From Hemiscyllium ocellatum (lineage: Eukaryota), in the NCBI RefSeq assembly GCF_020745735.1, contig NC_083446.1:5704001-5768000 (forward strand): a stretch of 64,000 nucleotides of DNA, read 5' to 3'. Below, piece after piece: positions 1 to 12,664 of the stretch; the stretch's first letter is position 1; the number at the start of each line of letters is the position of its first letter. Both the position numbers and the translations under genes were made by a program. The notes beneath the pieces are model-generated. The model was not told where the DNA came from, made no database searches, and was given only the letters and a program-made list of their open reading frames with translations.

Positions 1-226
1 TTCCCCTACATTTACCCCTTCACGTAACACTACGGGCAATTTAGCCTGGCCAATTCACCTGACCCGCACATCTTTGGACTGTGGGAAGAAACTGGAGCAC
101 CCGGAGGAAACCCACGCAGACACGGGAAGAATGTGCAAACTCCACTCAGAGAGTCGCCTGAGGTGGGAATTGAACCCAGGACTCTGGCGCTGTGAGGCAG
201 CAGTGCTAACCACTGTGCCACCGTGC
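1..226 (-). mobile_element. tRNA-derived V-SINE (HE1-like)
   Basis: Reverse complement of the GGCACGGTGGCACAGTGGTTAGCACTGCTGCCTCACAGC head (A/B boxes) and V-domain core. Confidence 0.85.
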
Positions 227-237
227 CAACCATCCGA

Positions 238-495
238 GAGGAGAAAGATTTCAAAAAGACCTGATGGGTAAATGCTTTACACTGAGAGTGGTTCACGTGT
301 GGAATGAACTTGCAGAGGAAGTGGTGGATGTGGGGACAGTTACAAGATTTCAAAGATATTTGGATAAGGACATGAGTAGGAAAGGGTTTGGAGGGATATG
401 GGCCCAGAGCAGGCAGGTGGGACTGGTGTAGTTTGTGGTGATAGACTGGTTGGACCAAAGGGTCTGTTTCCATGCTGGATGACTCTAGGACTATG
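238..495 (+). mobile_element. CR1 (HER1-like) LINE 3' end
   Basis: Degenerate FTxRVVxxWNxLPxEVV...FKxxLD ORF2 C-terminus and the 3' UTR shared with other copies. Confidence 0.8.
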
Positions 496-823
496 TAAGA
501 CTGAATAATTAATAAACTCTAACCATCACAAAACCTCTTTTGGTTTCAGCCTCTCCAACAGGCTTAGAGCCAGAGTGATGTAGCATCACCCCCCAAGGGG
601 CTGTTAGGGAATGGAGAAGGAAAATGTTAGGCCTTGTCCACCAACACCCACAATGAAAGGGGTGTGGTCGGGGTTCACACCAAGGGTCAAGTAGGCTGGC
701 AGTGCCAAGGCTCAGGGTGCTAAAGGTCATGACTGTCAACCCAGGAAGGAAAAAGGGATGGCAGGGGAACTACACCCCAATGTCTCCCTGACACACGCAC
801 ACGCTCCCCGGGAAACAGTGTAC

Positions 824-1001
824 CTGAGGCAGGAGTTGGTCAGGTCTCCGAACTCGTGCACGTGCAGCCCATGTTGGCCAGGTTTCAGACCATCGACTGT
901 TCCCTCGATGAGGCACAGCTTCTCCGACAGCTGTAGGAATCGCACTGCGCCCTTGATGTTGCCCTCTGGGCCCAGCATGGCCACAGCAGCACCCAGGTCC
1001 T
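824..1001 (-). CDS. CCS: CCS coding exon 4 (DLGAAVAMLG...GLHVHEFGDLTNSC), start of SOD1-like domain; gene continues off the window
   Basis: 178-bp exon bounded by ctgcag| and |gtacac; HGLHVHEFGD is the Cu/Zn-SOD-fold motif. Confidence 0.95.
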
Positions 1002-1064
1002 CTGCAGGGAAACACCACAGTGCGCAGGTTAGACCTCCCTCTGCTCCTTTAGACTGAAGGCAAG

Positions 1065-1745
1065 GTGCCCTCTACACTGTCCCCCATCAAACACTCCTAG
1101 GCAGGGACAGCACGGGGTCAGATACAGCGTAAAGCTCCCTATACACTGTCCCCCATCAAACTCTCCCAGCACAGGGACAGCACTGGGTCAGATACAGAGT
1201 ACAGCTCCCTCGACACTACCCCCCATCAAACACTCCCAGCACAGGGACAGCACGGGGTTAGATACAGAGTAAAGCTCCCTCTATACTGTCCTGCCATCAA
1301 ACATTCCTTGCACAGAGTAAAGCTCCCTCAACACCATCCCTTCAAGTACTCCCAGGACAGGGACAGCACAGGATTAGATACAGAGTATAACTCCCTCAAC
1401 ACTATCCCATCAAATACTCCCAGGAGAGGGACAGCATGGAGTTAGATACAGAGTAAAGCTCCCTCTACATTGTGGCGAAAGTAAGGACTGCAGGTGCTGG
1501 CAATTAGAGTCAAGAGTGTGTTGCTGGAAAAGCACAGCAGGTCAGGCAGCATCCGAGGAGCAGGAAAATCGATGTTTCGGATAAAACGTCCTGATGAAGA
1601 GCTTTTGCCTGAAACGTCAATTTTCCTGCTCCTTGGATGCTGTCTGACCTGCTGTGCTTGTCCAGCACCACACTCTTCCCTCTCCACTCTCTCCATTAAA
1701 CACTCCCTGAACAGCACGGGGTTAGATGCAGAGTAAAGCTCCCTC
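1065..1745 (+). repeat. About 68-bp minisatellite (CAGAGTAAAGCTCCCTCTACACTGTCCCCATCAAACACTCCCAG...), interrupted by a hairpin element
   Basis: About 7 diverged tandem units; a related array lies in opposite orientation at about 50740-51150. Confidence 0.85.
1474..1680. mobile_element. Penelope-derived hairpin element (family A) with degenerate hammerhead core at 1591
   Basis: Inverted arms around CTGATGAAGAGCTTTTGCCTGAAACGTC. Confidence 0.75.
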
Positions 1746-1808
1746 AATAATTCCTCTTTAACCACTCGCCTGGGTCTCGCAGTGAGAGATCTTGGCTGTT
1801 GTACTCAC

Positions 1809-1946
1809 TGAGAGTGGATGGGCCCATGCCTTTTAACACGGCTCGTCTGCCCGTGCTCTCTATCAGCTCCTGCACCTCCTTGGATGTCAGTGTTGTGTCG
1901 ATTAGTACCTGCTCTGTGTTGACATCAATATCCACCGACTGGATTC
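1809..1946 (-). CDS. CCS: CCS coding exon 3 (GIQSVDIDVNTEQVLIDTTLTSKEVQELIESTGRRAVLKGMG...)
   Basis: 138-bp exon bounded by ttgcag| and |gtgagt, phase 1/1; ends the HMA domain with TGRRAVLKGMG. Confidence 0.95.
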
Positions 1947-2149
1947 CTGCAAGAAATCAGAGGCAGCTCATTATGAGAACAGTTTTTGCACCAATGACAT
2001 GCTGTGTACCAGCTGTCCTGAACCCGGGGGGGGGGGGGGTGGTGAAATGGGCTTGTAGCAGCCACTGATATGCCCCCTCTCCCACTGACCTTTGAACTCT
2101 GAGCCCCTCTCCCCCTGTTCATCCAGTAACAATTATATGGTGACGTGTG

Positions 2150-2340
2150 TGTACACACACACACACACACACACACACGTACAAACGCACGAAAACGCAC
2201 TCTCACACTCACGCGCACGCACACACACGCTCACACTCTCACACATGCGCACACGCGTGCACACACTTGCACCCACGTGCACACACACAAGCCCATTTTC
2301 ACACTGTCACACACATCTTAAATGTCACATACACACCCAA
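2150..2340. repeat. (CA)n-rich microsatellite
   Basis: Seen directly. Confidence 0.9.
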
Positions 2341-2919
2341 TTCACAATGACGAACACAATCTCATTTCTTCCCTCACATGCATACAGTCAGTGACCCATT
2401 ACAAGACATCGCATACTTTGCCAATGGTATGCAAACACTGAAATATTCCCACACCCACATGTACATATACAATGTTAAACTTATACACATAAATGGTACA
2501 TGGATACATACACATTCTCTCTCATGTAGAGATTAATGTACACGATCAAACACACAATGAGTTACACCTTCACAGTGACACACACACTCACAAAGCCACA
2601 TCTGCTCACACACAATGCCACACAGTGAACATACCAATATAAACTCATGGCTGATCTGATACTCTATATTGCCACCTATCTCTGATAAATTTTCACCTCC
2701 TCACTCAACATGAACCTACCGAGCTCTGCCTTAAAATATTCAAAGTTTCTGTATTCACTATCTTTCATGGAGCAGCATTCCAAGCACAGTTAAAACACAC
2801 GGATTAAAACAAAATCTTCTTCTCTCCATCTTAAATAGGTGACTGCACATTCTGTAAGACAAACCCCACTTTCTAAGTTCTCCAACAAGAGGAGACATCC
2901 TTTTCTCCTGTGCACAGCA

Positions 2920-3245
2920 GGAAGGCGGTAATGCTACTGGGTCAGTAATCCAGAGGCCCAGCCTAATGTTCTGGGGATAAGGGTTCAAATCCCACCATGG
3001 CAAAGGCTGACATCTGAATTTGATTAAAAACCTGATATAAAATGCCAGCCCAAAGGTGACCTCCCATCAAAGGCCCTCTTGGAGAGGGCAATCTGCCATC
3101 CTTACCTGGTCTGTCCTCTATGTGACGCCCAGGGCAAGGTAACTGACTCTTAACTGCTCTCTGTAATGGACAGGCCAACAGCTCAGTTCAAGGGGCAACT
3201 AGGAATAGGCATTAAATGCTGATGCAATGCCCACAGCCAATGAAC
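2920..3245 (+). mobile_element. Old tRNA-derived SINE (Deu/SacSINE1-like)
   Basis: GGTTCAAATCCC B box and CTGCCATCCTTACCTGGTCTG...GACTCTTAACTGC body; family assignment from memory. Confidence 0.5.
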
Positions 3246-3509
3246 AAACCTTTAAATGGTCCCCTCTGGTAGCTGTGTGTTTCATTCAAGCCATCTCTTA
3301 ACCTTCCAAATGCAAACATCAAACACAGAGAGGCAAGTTGCAGGAGTGGACCATCTGAGGTGTCAGATTAGCTTTGCCATTCAATATAACCATAGCTGAT
3401 TCAAACACCACACTCCCAGCTACCCCTGGTAACCTTGGACCCCCTGCTCTTTGATTTTCTTCTTCTTAGATTTAAGAATCTCCCGCTTCCACCTTGAAAA
3501 CGTTCAGTG

Positions 3510-4100
3510 AGTTGGCACAGTGGCTCAGTGGTTAGCATTGCTCCCTCACAGCACGAGGGGCCTGGGTTTGATTCTACCCTCGGGCTACTGACTGTATGGA
3601 GTTTGCACGTTTTTTCCTGGGTTTCCTCCCACGTCCAAAGATGTGCAGGTTAGGGTAGATTGGCCGTGCTAAATTGTCCCATAGTGCCCAGGGATGTGTA
3701 GGTTAGAGTGGGTTGGTCGTGCTAAATTGCCCCATCGTGCCCAGGGATGTGCAGGTTAGGGTGGATTGGTCGTGCTAAATTGCCCCATAGTGTCCAGGGA
3801 TGTAGTAGGTTAGGGTGGATTGGCCGTGCTAAATTGTCCCATCGTGCCTAGGGATGTGCAGGTTAGGGTGGATTGGCTGTGTTAAATTGTCCCATAGTGT
3901 CCAGGGATGTGCAGGTTAGGGTGGATTGGCCGTGCTAAATTGTCCCATAGTGTCCAGGGATGTGCAGGTTAGGGTGGATTGGCCGTGCTAAATTGTCCCA
4001 TAGTGCCCAGGGATGTGCAGGTTAGGGTGGATTGGCCGTGTTAAATTGTCCCATAGTGTCCAGGGATGTGCAGGTTAGGTGAGTTAGCCGTGGAGAACGT
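3510..4100 (+). mobile_element. V-SINE with internal 53-bp tandem expansion (about 8 copies)
   Basis: SINE head at 3512, then repeated GGATGTGCAGGTTAGGGTGGATTGGCCGTGCTAAATTGTCCCATAGTGTCCAG. Confidence 0.85.
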
Positions 4101-4199
4101 GGGATTGCGGGTCTTAGTTAAACACGAGCTCCCATTTGACAACACCACATGGACCCTTCCTGATTAAGGATCAGTGCTAACACTTTCCCTACCAGACAG

Positions 4200-4765
4200 G
4201 AAAGAGGTTGGAAGAACACGGCAAGCCAGGCAGCATCAGGAGGTGAAAAAGTGGGTGTTTCGGGTGTAACCCTTCTTCAGGACTGGGGTGGGTGTGGGGG
4301 GAGCTGCAGATAAAGGGGATGGTGGGGGCAGGGTGGTGAGATGGGGATAGTTGAAGACAGGTAGAGGGTATGACCTGGTTGGTCAATGGGAGGAATGAAT
4401 CTGGTTGGTGGCAGGGAGCAGCGGAAGGGGTGGGGAGAGCCTGGGAAGGGAGTCGGGGGATAGAAAGAGAGGGTATTTGAAATTGGACATTGAGTCCTCC
4501 GGGCTGTAGGCTGCCCATGAGGAAGGCAAGGTGATGTTCCTCCAATTTATGGTACGGTTCATTGTGGCAATGGAGGAGGCCAAGGATGGTCATTGGGAAG
4601 GGGAGCGATAACTGGTCGGCCCCTGTGGGCCTGGCTGAGATGCTCAGTGAAACGTTCCCTAAGTTTACGTTCGGTCTCCCCGATGTAGAGGAGACCACAT
4701 TGGGAGCACCTGATGCAGGAAATGAGGTTGGAAGAGAGGCAGGTGAACCTCTGTCTCACCTGAAA
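4200..4765 (-). mobile_element. Penelope-like retroelement 3' fragment (GIY-YIG endonuclease and terminal repeat)
   Basis: CIRCSQCGLLYIGETERKLRERFTEHL; hammerhead-like CTGAAGAAGGGTTACACCCGAAAC at about 4255-4282 (-). Confidence 0.85.
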
Positions 4766-5249
4766 GGACTGTGGATCAAGCTTTCTGTGTCACTTCTTGA
4801 ACTTCACAATGTCACACTGACACACACAGATGCTCACACAATTACAGATAAGGGCACACAGTTTCCCGGAAGAACCACACACACATCTGAAGATGATAGC
4901 ATAAAACGATGAAGAGGTGTTGATAGCCTCGATGAATGCCCACCTCCCCCTCACTGTGACAGATCTGGGCACTTTCGGAAGGACACATTGGCCTGGGAGG
5001 CAATACAGCATAGGTTTACAAAAATGATACCTGGCCTTCAGGGATTGAGTCATGATAACGGATTATACTTTTCGGCCTCTTTTCTCTGGAATCAAGGGTT
5101 GACCGGATTGAAATCTTCATTCTCTTCACAGGAAAAGACAGGGGAGATAAACTATTTCCACTGATTGGGGATGAGGGGACACAGTTTGAGGACCGGGACC
5201 AGACCAATCAGAAGACATGTCAGGGAGCACTTACACATCATTAAATCAT

Positions 5250-6112
5250 AGAATTCCTCATGTGGAAGCAGGTCATTTGTCCCATCAAGTCCACATGGAC
5301 CCCCTGAAGAGCATCCCACCCATAACCCTACCCTATCCCTGTAACCCTGCATTGCTCATGGCTAACCCACCCAGCCAGCACATCCCTCGACACTATGGGT
5401 AATTCAGCACAGCCGATCCACCCTAACCTGCACACCCCTGGGTAATTCGCCAAGATCAATCCACCCTGACCTGCACACCCCTGGGTAATTCAGCACAGCC
5501 AATCCACCCTAACCTGCACACCCCTGGGTAATTTGCCAAGATCAATCCACCCTGACCTGCACACCCTGGGTTATTCAGCACAGCCAATCCACCCTAACCT
5601 GCACACCCCTGGGTAATTCGCCAAGATCAATCCACCCTGACCTGAACACCCCTGGGTAATTCAGCACGGCCAATCCCCCCTGACCTGCACACCCCTGGGT
5701 AACTCAGCACGGCCAATCCCCCCTGACCTGCACACCCCTGGGTAACTCAGCACGGCCAATCCCCCCTAACCTGCACACCCCTGGGTAACTCAGCACGGCC
5801 AATCCCCCCTAACCTGCACACCCCTGGGTAATTCAGCACGGCCAATCCCCCCTGACCTGCACACCCCTGGGTAACTCAGCACGGCCAATCCCCCCTGACC
5901 TGCACACCCCTGGGTAATTCAGCACGGCCAATCCCCCCTAACCTGCACACCCCTGGGTAACTCAGCACGACCAATCCCCCCTAACCTGCACATCTTTGAA
6001 CTGTGGGAGAAAACCCATGCAGACACAGGGAAAATACGCAAACTCCACACTGACAGTAGCCCATGGTCCATGGCACCGTGAAGCAGCAGTGCTAACCACT
6101 GAGATGCCATGC
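5250..6112 (-). mobile_element. V-SINE with internal 43-bp tandem expansion (about 14 copies)
   Basis: Head at about 6080-6112; unit CCCCTGGGTAATTCAGCACGGCCAATCCCCCCTGACCTGCACA over 5395-5995. Confidence 0.85.
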
Positions 6113-6446
6113 CGCCCGAAAGGGTGGTAGAAGTTTGGAACTCTCTTTCACAAGCGGCAGATCCGTGGTTAGTTTTAATTCGGAGATAGATACGGTATTG
6201 TTCAGCAAAGGGATATGCAGTTAGGCCACAGATCTGCGATGCTCTCAGTGAATGGTGGAATGGGCTTGAGGGGCTGAATGGCCTACTCCTTATGTTCACT
6301 GATGCGCACAGATATGCAAACACTTGAGGGTTCGCCTCAGTGAGGGGGTCAGAGAGCAGTCAGTCTCCTGAATCACAGCGGAGGGAGAACAGGGTGCTTT
6401 ACATCATGAACGAATTGGAACCACGCAGTCTCAGGAAGAAACTTAC

Positions 6447-6519
6447 CATTAACTCCAGTCAAGGCACTCCTGACAGCATTGGCACAGCTCTCACAGCTCA
6501 TCTGCACCGCAAACTCCAA
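6447..6519 (-). CDS. CCS: CCS coding exon 2 (LEFAVQMSCESCANAVRSALTGVN), HMA domain with MxCxxC copper-binding motif
   Basis: 73-bp exon bounded by atttag| and |gtaagt; translation matches the CCS domain I motif LEFAVQMxCxxC. Confidence 0.95.
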
Positions 6520-6739
6520 CTAAATACGGTTAAAACAAATCAAAACAGGTTAGTCTGGATTGGCCGTGCTAAATTATCCGTAGTGTCCAGGGATATGCTG
6601 GCTAGGTGGGTTAGCCCTGGGAAATACAGGGTAACTGGGATGGGCAGGGGAGTGGGAATCTCTTTGGAGGGTCAGTGTGGACTTGTTGGGCCAAATGGCC
6701 TGCTTTCACACTGTGGGGATTCTGTGATTCTATTTGAAG

Positions 6740-7050
6740 GGGGCGGCACAGTGGCTAGCACTGCTGCCTCACAGCACCAGGGTCCCAGTTCAATTCCAGC
6801 CTCGGGCGACTGTCTGTGTGGAGTTTGCACATTCTCCCCGTGTCTGCGTGGGTTTCCTCCTGGTGCTCTGGTTTCCTCCCACAGTCCAACGATGTGCGGG
6901 TCAAGTGAATTGGCCATGCTAAATTGCCCATAGCATTAGGTGCATTAGTCAGAGGGAAATGGTTCTGGGTGGGTTACTCTTCAGAGGGTCGGTGTGGACT
7001 AGTTGGCCTGAGGGCGCCTGTTTCCACACTGTAGGGAATCTAATCTAAAA
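6740..7050 (+). mobile_element. Full-length V-SINE (HE1-like)
   Basis: Head, V-domain, CR1-like tail ending in AATCTAATCTAAAAAAAA. Confidence 0.85.
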
Positions 7051-8755
7051 AAAACGTGCATTGGTGTAGCGCCTGTAACAACACTAGACTCTTCACAGAC
7101 ACGCAAAAACCAGGCCCCGAACGCAGAACTAAATACAAGGGGCAACACATCAAAAACTTGGTCAAGAAAAAAATGGTTTCAGGGCGTCTTAAAGGAAGGG
7201 ACGAGAGGCTGAGGGAGGGAAATCCAGAACGCAGGATCCTCCAATCACCAAATGATCCAGCCACCGCCAATGATGGGGTGATGGGAACCGGGGGGGTTGC
7301 TCAAGGGGTTGGAAGACAGATCTCAGAGGGTTGCAGGGGATGGGGAAGGCCAGTGAGGGATTTCAAAATGAGGATGAGGTCTTTTAAGTTCAAAAGGCAC
7401 AAGTCAGGAGCATGATGGAATACTCCCCACTTGCCCCTGAATGGGGGCACCTCCAACAACACTCGAGAAGCTCGGCACCATCCAGGTCAAAGCAACTCCA
7501 GCTAAAGTTACCGCCTCACTCCATTCACTTTGGGTCGATTTGCAACACAACCTGTTTTAGTCTGCTCTCCCTGCCTTGACACATGGGGTTGGAATATTTA
7601 TCCACACACATCCTCTCCCTCCACCACTGGCGCTCAGTAGCAGCAGTGTGTACCATCTACAAGATGCACTGCGGAAATTTACCAAAGATCCTCAGGCTGC
7701 ACCTTGCAAACCCACTCTTCTATTTGGAAGGACAAGGGGCAGCAGATACATAGGAACGCCACCACCTTCAAGTTCCCCTCCAAGTTACTCACTGTCCTGA
7801 CTTGGAAATATAATCGGCCGTTCCTTCACTGTCACTGGGTCAAAATCCTGGGATTCCCCTCTAAGGATATTGTGGGTCAGCAGGTGGACTGCAGCAGTTC
7901 AAGAAGGCAGCTCACCCCCACCTGCTGACCCAGGGAACTAAATACACTCCAGTCAGTCTCTATCACAACCGGATGGTGGATCAAATGGTCACTTGTACAA
8001 AATAACACTTAATTGCTTTTTGACCATTTCCCCGCCTTACAAGATGATTAACTCTGAGACAATGCTGGGAAAAGTTGCAAGGAAGTTGGTGGCAGAAATA
8101 GAGCTACTCTTCCCCCTCCCCCCCAAAAAAGCCAGGTACATTTATATAGCACCTCTCCCCATCCCCGGGGGACGTCCTAAAAATGCCTTCCAGTCAAAGG
8201 AAGGCAAAAGGGGAGAAGCGGTAGCTACACTGTACACAGCAAGTTGTCCCAAGGAAAATCCTTTGCACTCCCACCCCAGCCTCGATAACTCACTTGCACA
8301 ATAATCTGATGAAGGGGCAGCGCTTAGAAAGCTAGTGCTTCCGTTGGACTATAACCTGGTGTTGTGTGAGTTTTCACTTGCAAAAGTAAACAATGACTCT
8401 GCATCAATTTGTCAGAAAGTTTCTCCCAATATGAAGAAACAGAACTATCCTTGCTTATTTCCCTCTCCCCTACAAAACAGTCCCCTTCCTTCCTGCCTCT
8501 CCCTTCCCCCAAAACACCGCAATTATAAAATGAAATAACAGGCTTGAAATATTCCAACCCCCTGCGTCAAAGGCAGGGTGAGAGGGCTGGAATAAGCTGC
8601 GTTGCAAATCGATCCAAAGTGAATGGAGTGAGGCAGCAACTTTAGTCATAACAGGCACCATGCAATGCAACAGAGCATTCAGCTTCACAAAACAAAATGG
8701 GCCAGGGGTAAACATTTTCACGCTCAGACATTGCTTATCACGCACAACCCACTAC

Positions 8756-8776
8756 CTTGCTGCTAGTGGCTGCCAT
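8756..8776 (-). CDS. CCS: Copper chaperone for superoxide dismutase, coding exon 1 (MAATSSK)
   Basis: ATG at 8776-8774, 7 codons, then AAG|gtagtg donor. Phase 0 fits exon 2. Short exon, so less certain than the others. Confidence 0.75.
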
Positions 8777-9089
8777 ATTCGACTCCCTTCTCTGACCCAG
8801 TCATAAATCCCTTCCGCCTTCTGAAATCCCTCTCGGCGTTAAAGAGGGCACGCGTTTCATGTGAGTCTCTGTTGACTGCACTGCACTCTGCTGAACACAA
8901 GCATGTACCGCTTCGAAATGTCAACCTGTCAATATTGAACAAAACAAAATGCCAAATTTTAGGGATTTCCTTTTTTTTCCCCCCCTAACCGGCCCTGCTC
9001 AGAGGCGTCATGAGCTTTTCCAGCAATTTTCTGTTTCCCATGAGTACAGCAGTTCTTTCGGTTTCGTTTTTATTTAGTCTGAACAGAAG

Positions 9090-9722
9090 CTCTGTGGAAT
9101 GAGCTGCCAGAGGAAGTGGTGGAGGCTGGTTCAATGTGTTGCTGGTTAAAGCACAGCAGGTTAGGCAGCATCCAAGGAATAGGATGCTGCCTAACCTGCT
9201 GTGCTTTAACCAGCAACACATTTTCAACTGTGATCTCCAGCATCTGCAGACCTCACTTTTTACCAGAGGCTGGTTCAATGACAACACTTAAAAAGGCATC
9301 TGGCTGGGTGTATGAATAGGAAGGGTTTAGAGAGATATGGGCCAGGTGCTGGCAAGTGTTGGAGGCTGAGGGGTGACCTTATAGAGGTTTATAAAAACTC
9401 GAGGGCATAGATAGGATAAATAGACAAGGTCTTTTCCCTGGGGTGGGGGAGTCCAGAACTAGAGGGCATAGGTTTAGTGTGAGAGGGGAAGGATATAAAA
9501 GAGACCTAAGGGGCAACTTTTTCACGCAGAGGGTGGTACGTGTGTGGAATGAGCTGCCAGAGGAAGTGGTGGAGGCTGGTACAATTGCAACATTTAAAAG
9601 GCATTTGGATGGGTATATGAATAGGAAGGGTTTGGAGGGATATGGGATTGGGTTGGGATATCTGGTCGGCATGGACGGGTTGGACCGAAGGGTCTTTTCC
9701 GTGCTGTACATCTATGACTGTG
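9090..9722 (+). mobile_element. CR1 LINE 3' fragments with a nested hairpin element (9137-9265)
   Basis: ORF 9443-9745 TRGHRFSVRGEGYKRDLRGNFFTQRVVRVWNELP; 15-bp TSD GAGGCTGGTTCAATG around the nested element. Confidence 0.9.
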
Positions 9723-10181
9723 AAAGGCTATACTTGTTCCCGTGAACTGGATTATACTCTTCCCCTTTAATACTCCACACCCCCGATCTTTCACATCCTG
9801 TAATAATTTCACCCTCATCCTCCACATCTTTTAAAGTTTCACCCAGTCTAATCCCAGCTTCCCCTGCATTCTTGAATCCCCCACCCATCTAAACCCACAT
9901 TACCTGTCACTCCCCACACCCTCTCAGATCCCCCCCCCGTGTAATCACGTTCAGACCCTGACATTTTTTAATACCCAACACCATCCAATTCTACTCTCCA
10001 TCCCACTTCCCCCATATCCTTTAATGTCTCATCCCACTCTCCTCCTCACTGCCACCCTCTTTTCTCGTGATTGTTACCATGTCACCCAGGTAGACTTCAT
10101 AGAATCTGAGTTCCCTGAGTGGGGCTGTTAACCTGGCCCAAATCAGGGAGTCCTGGCTGACAGATAGAAACTGGAGTGTCA

Positions 10182-10956
10182 CAGTGGGCCCTATGTAGAC
10201 TGCTTCTGCACACCATCTACCTCTTCTTTCTCGTCCACCACTCAGACACACCTTGACGTGCCCATTTACCACCAGGCAGTGGGGATCCCCAGTGGAGGGC
10301 TCTCTATGTGGGAATCGTCCCCCTTTCTCTCGGGGATCTGGGGTGGAGGGTGCTGCACACAGCGGTCCCCTGTAACCGCAGATTGCAGTGGTTCACGGAC
10401 TCCCATGTATTTATTGGGTGTGGGTGTTTGCACCCCCTTTTTGATTTTCTGAAAAACCTCCTCCTCTGCTTTTGGTTGCACTTCAGTCCCACGCTCCACA
10501 TCTTCGGGCACCCAGTATGGCGGAGGGAGGGTAGGTCTGAAGACTCCTTCGTGGGTCTGCTCCCGGGCCTGGCCAAACTGGCCATAAACAGGTCCAGGCA
10601 GCGGGCCGTGGAGGGGGTCATTAGGGCCGACTGCCTGCCCCTCTTCCGCGGTTACGTTAGAGCCCAGGAGTCTCTGGAAAAGGAGCACGCGGTGTCCACC
10701 AACACCCTGGAGTTGTTCAGGGAGAGGTGGGCGCCGCAGGGAGTGGAGTGCATTATTTCTCCCTCCAACTCTATTTTGATTTAGTCCCTGCCCTCCCCTT
10801 CAGTGTTTGATCACACAGCGTTGCCCTTTGATGTGAAGGGCACTGCTTGTCACTGGCCACTTGGGTGTTTCCTTTCTTCCTGGTGGTGGAAACTGAGTAA
10901 AGATTTGTGCACCTTGTGTCTTTCTCTCAAAAAAGAAAGAAGAGAGAAAATAAAAT
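10182..10956 (+). mobile_element. 5'-truncated Tx1/L1-clade non-LTR retrotransposon (ORF2 C-terminus)
   Basis: GDLGWRVLH...HVFIGC...LAKLAI...FRERWA; A-rich tail; 14-bp TSD AAAC(T/A)GGAGTGTCA at 10168-10181 and 10957-10970. Confidence 0.8.
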
Positions 10957-11577
10957 AAACAGGAGTGTCAGACATCCTGTTCGCTCTGAGAGTTGGCTCT
11001 AAGGGAGCTGGATCAGTGTCTAGGTAATGGGATGTCGGTCTCTATGGAATGATTTCACCTTTAATATCTCAGTGTAACCCTATTCACCCATTGACCCTTT
11101 AATATTCGCCTAGTCCAATGGTACTGAGATGCTGCTGTGCTTTTTTCTGGTGCCACACTTTATCGACTCTGATTTCTCCAGCATCTGCAGTCCTCACTAT
11201 CTCCTAGTTTCTGTAAACCATACTGCCCACCTTGAAGAAGTTTTCCTTCCTCCTCTGCAAAGATCTCAGCGAGTCACTTTCCAACTGCAACCCACTGATC
11301 ATCCTGTGCTTTCCATAGTGCCACACTCTATTGGCAATGCCATTCTCCTCCTCACATTCCAAATCTTCTCATATCATTCCTCATCTGTTTGTGATATAAT
11401 AACTTGGATGAACATGTAAATGGGTGGATTAGTAAATTTTCAGATGATACAAAGACTAATAGAGTTGTGGATAATGTAGAGGTTGTCAAAGGATGCAGTG
11501 GGATATAGGTAAGCTGCCGATATGGGTGGAGAAATGGCAGATGGAAATTAATCCGGGTAAGTGTGAGATGCTGCGTT

Positions 11578-12325
11578 GAGTCATAGAGATGTACAGCACG
11601 GAAACAGACCCTTCGGTCCAACCCTGTTCATGCCGACCAGGGATCCCAACCCAATCTAGTCCCACCTGCCAGCACCCGGCCCATATCCCCCTAAACCCTT
11701 CCTATTCATATACCCATCCAAATGCCTCTTAAATGTTGTAATTGTATCAGCCTCCACCACTTCCTCTGGCAGCTCATTCCATACACGTACCACCCTCTGT
11801 ATGAAAAAGTTGCCCCTTAGGTTTCTTTTATATCTTTCCCCTCTCACCCTAAACCTATGCCCTCTAGTTCTGGACTCCCCCACCCCAGGAAAAGACTATG
11901 CCTATTTACCCTATCCATGCCCCTCATAATTTTGTAAACCTCCGTAAGGTCACCCCTCAACCTCCGACGCTCCAGGGGAAACAGCCCCAGCCTGTTCAGC
12001 CTCTTCCTATAGCTCAAACCCTCCAACCCTGGCAACATCTTTGTAAATCCTTTCTAAATCCTTTTAAGTTTCACAATACCTTTCTGATAGGAAGGAGACC
12101 AGAATTGCATGCAATATTCCAACAGTGGCCTGTACAGCCACAACATGACCTCCCAGCTCCTGTACTCAATACTCTGACCAATAAAAGAAAGCATACCAAA
12201 CACCTTCTTCACTATCCTATCTACCTGCGACTCCACTTTCAAGGAGCTATGAACCTGCACTACAAGGTCTCTTTGTTCAGCAACTCTCCCTAGGACCTCA
12301 CTATTAAGTATATAAGTCCTGCAGC
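11578..12325 (-). mobile_element. CR1 LINE 3' fragment
   Basis: ORFs 12054-12260, 11844-12038 and 11656-11883 are consecutive CR1 ORF2 pieces. Confidence 0.9.
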
Positions 12326-12664
12326 ATCTTACATTTATCTGAATTAAGTGTTAAGGAAAAATATACAGTTAATCCCTACAGTGTGGAAACAGGCTATTTT
12401 GGCCAAACAAGTCCACACCATCCCTCTGAAGAGAAACCCATCCAGACCCATTCCCCAACCCTATTACTCTGCATTTATCCCTGACTAATGCACCTCACCT
12501 CCGTCCCTGAATACCATGAGCAATTTAGCATGGCCAATTCACCCAACTTGCACACAGACACAGGGAGAATGTGCTAACTCCACACAGACGCCCATCCGAG
12601 GCTGGAATCGAACCTGGAACCCTGGCGCTGTGAGGCAGCAGTGCTAACCACTGAGCCACCACGT

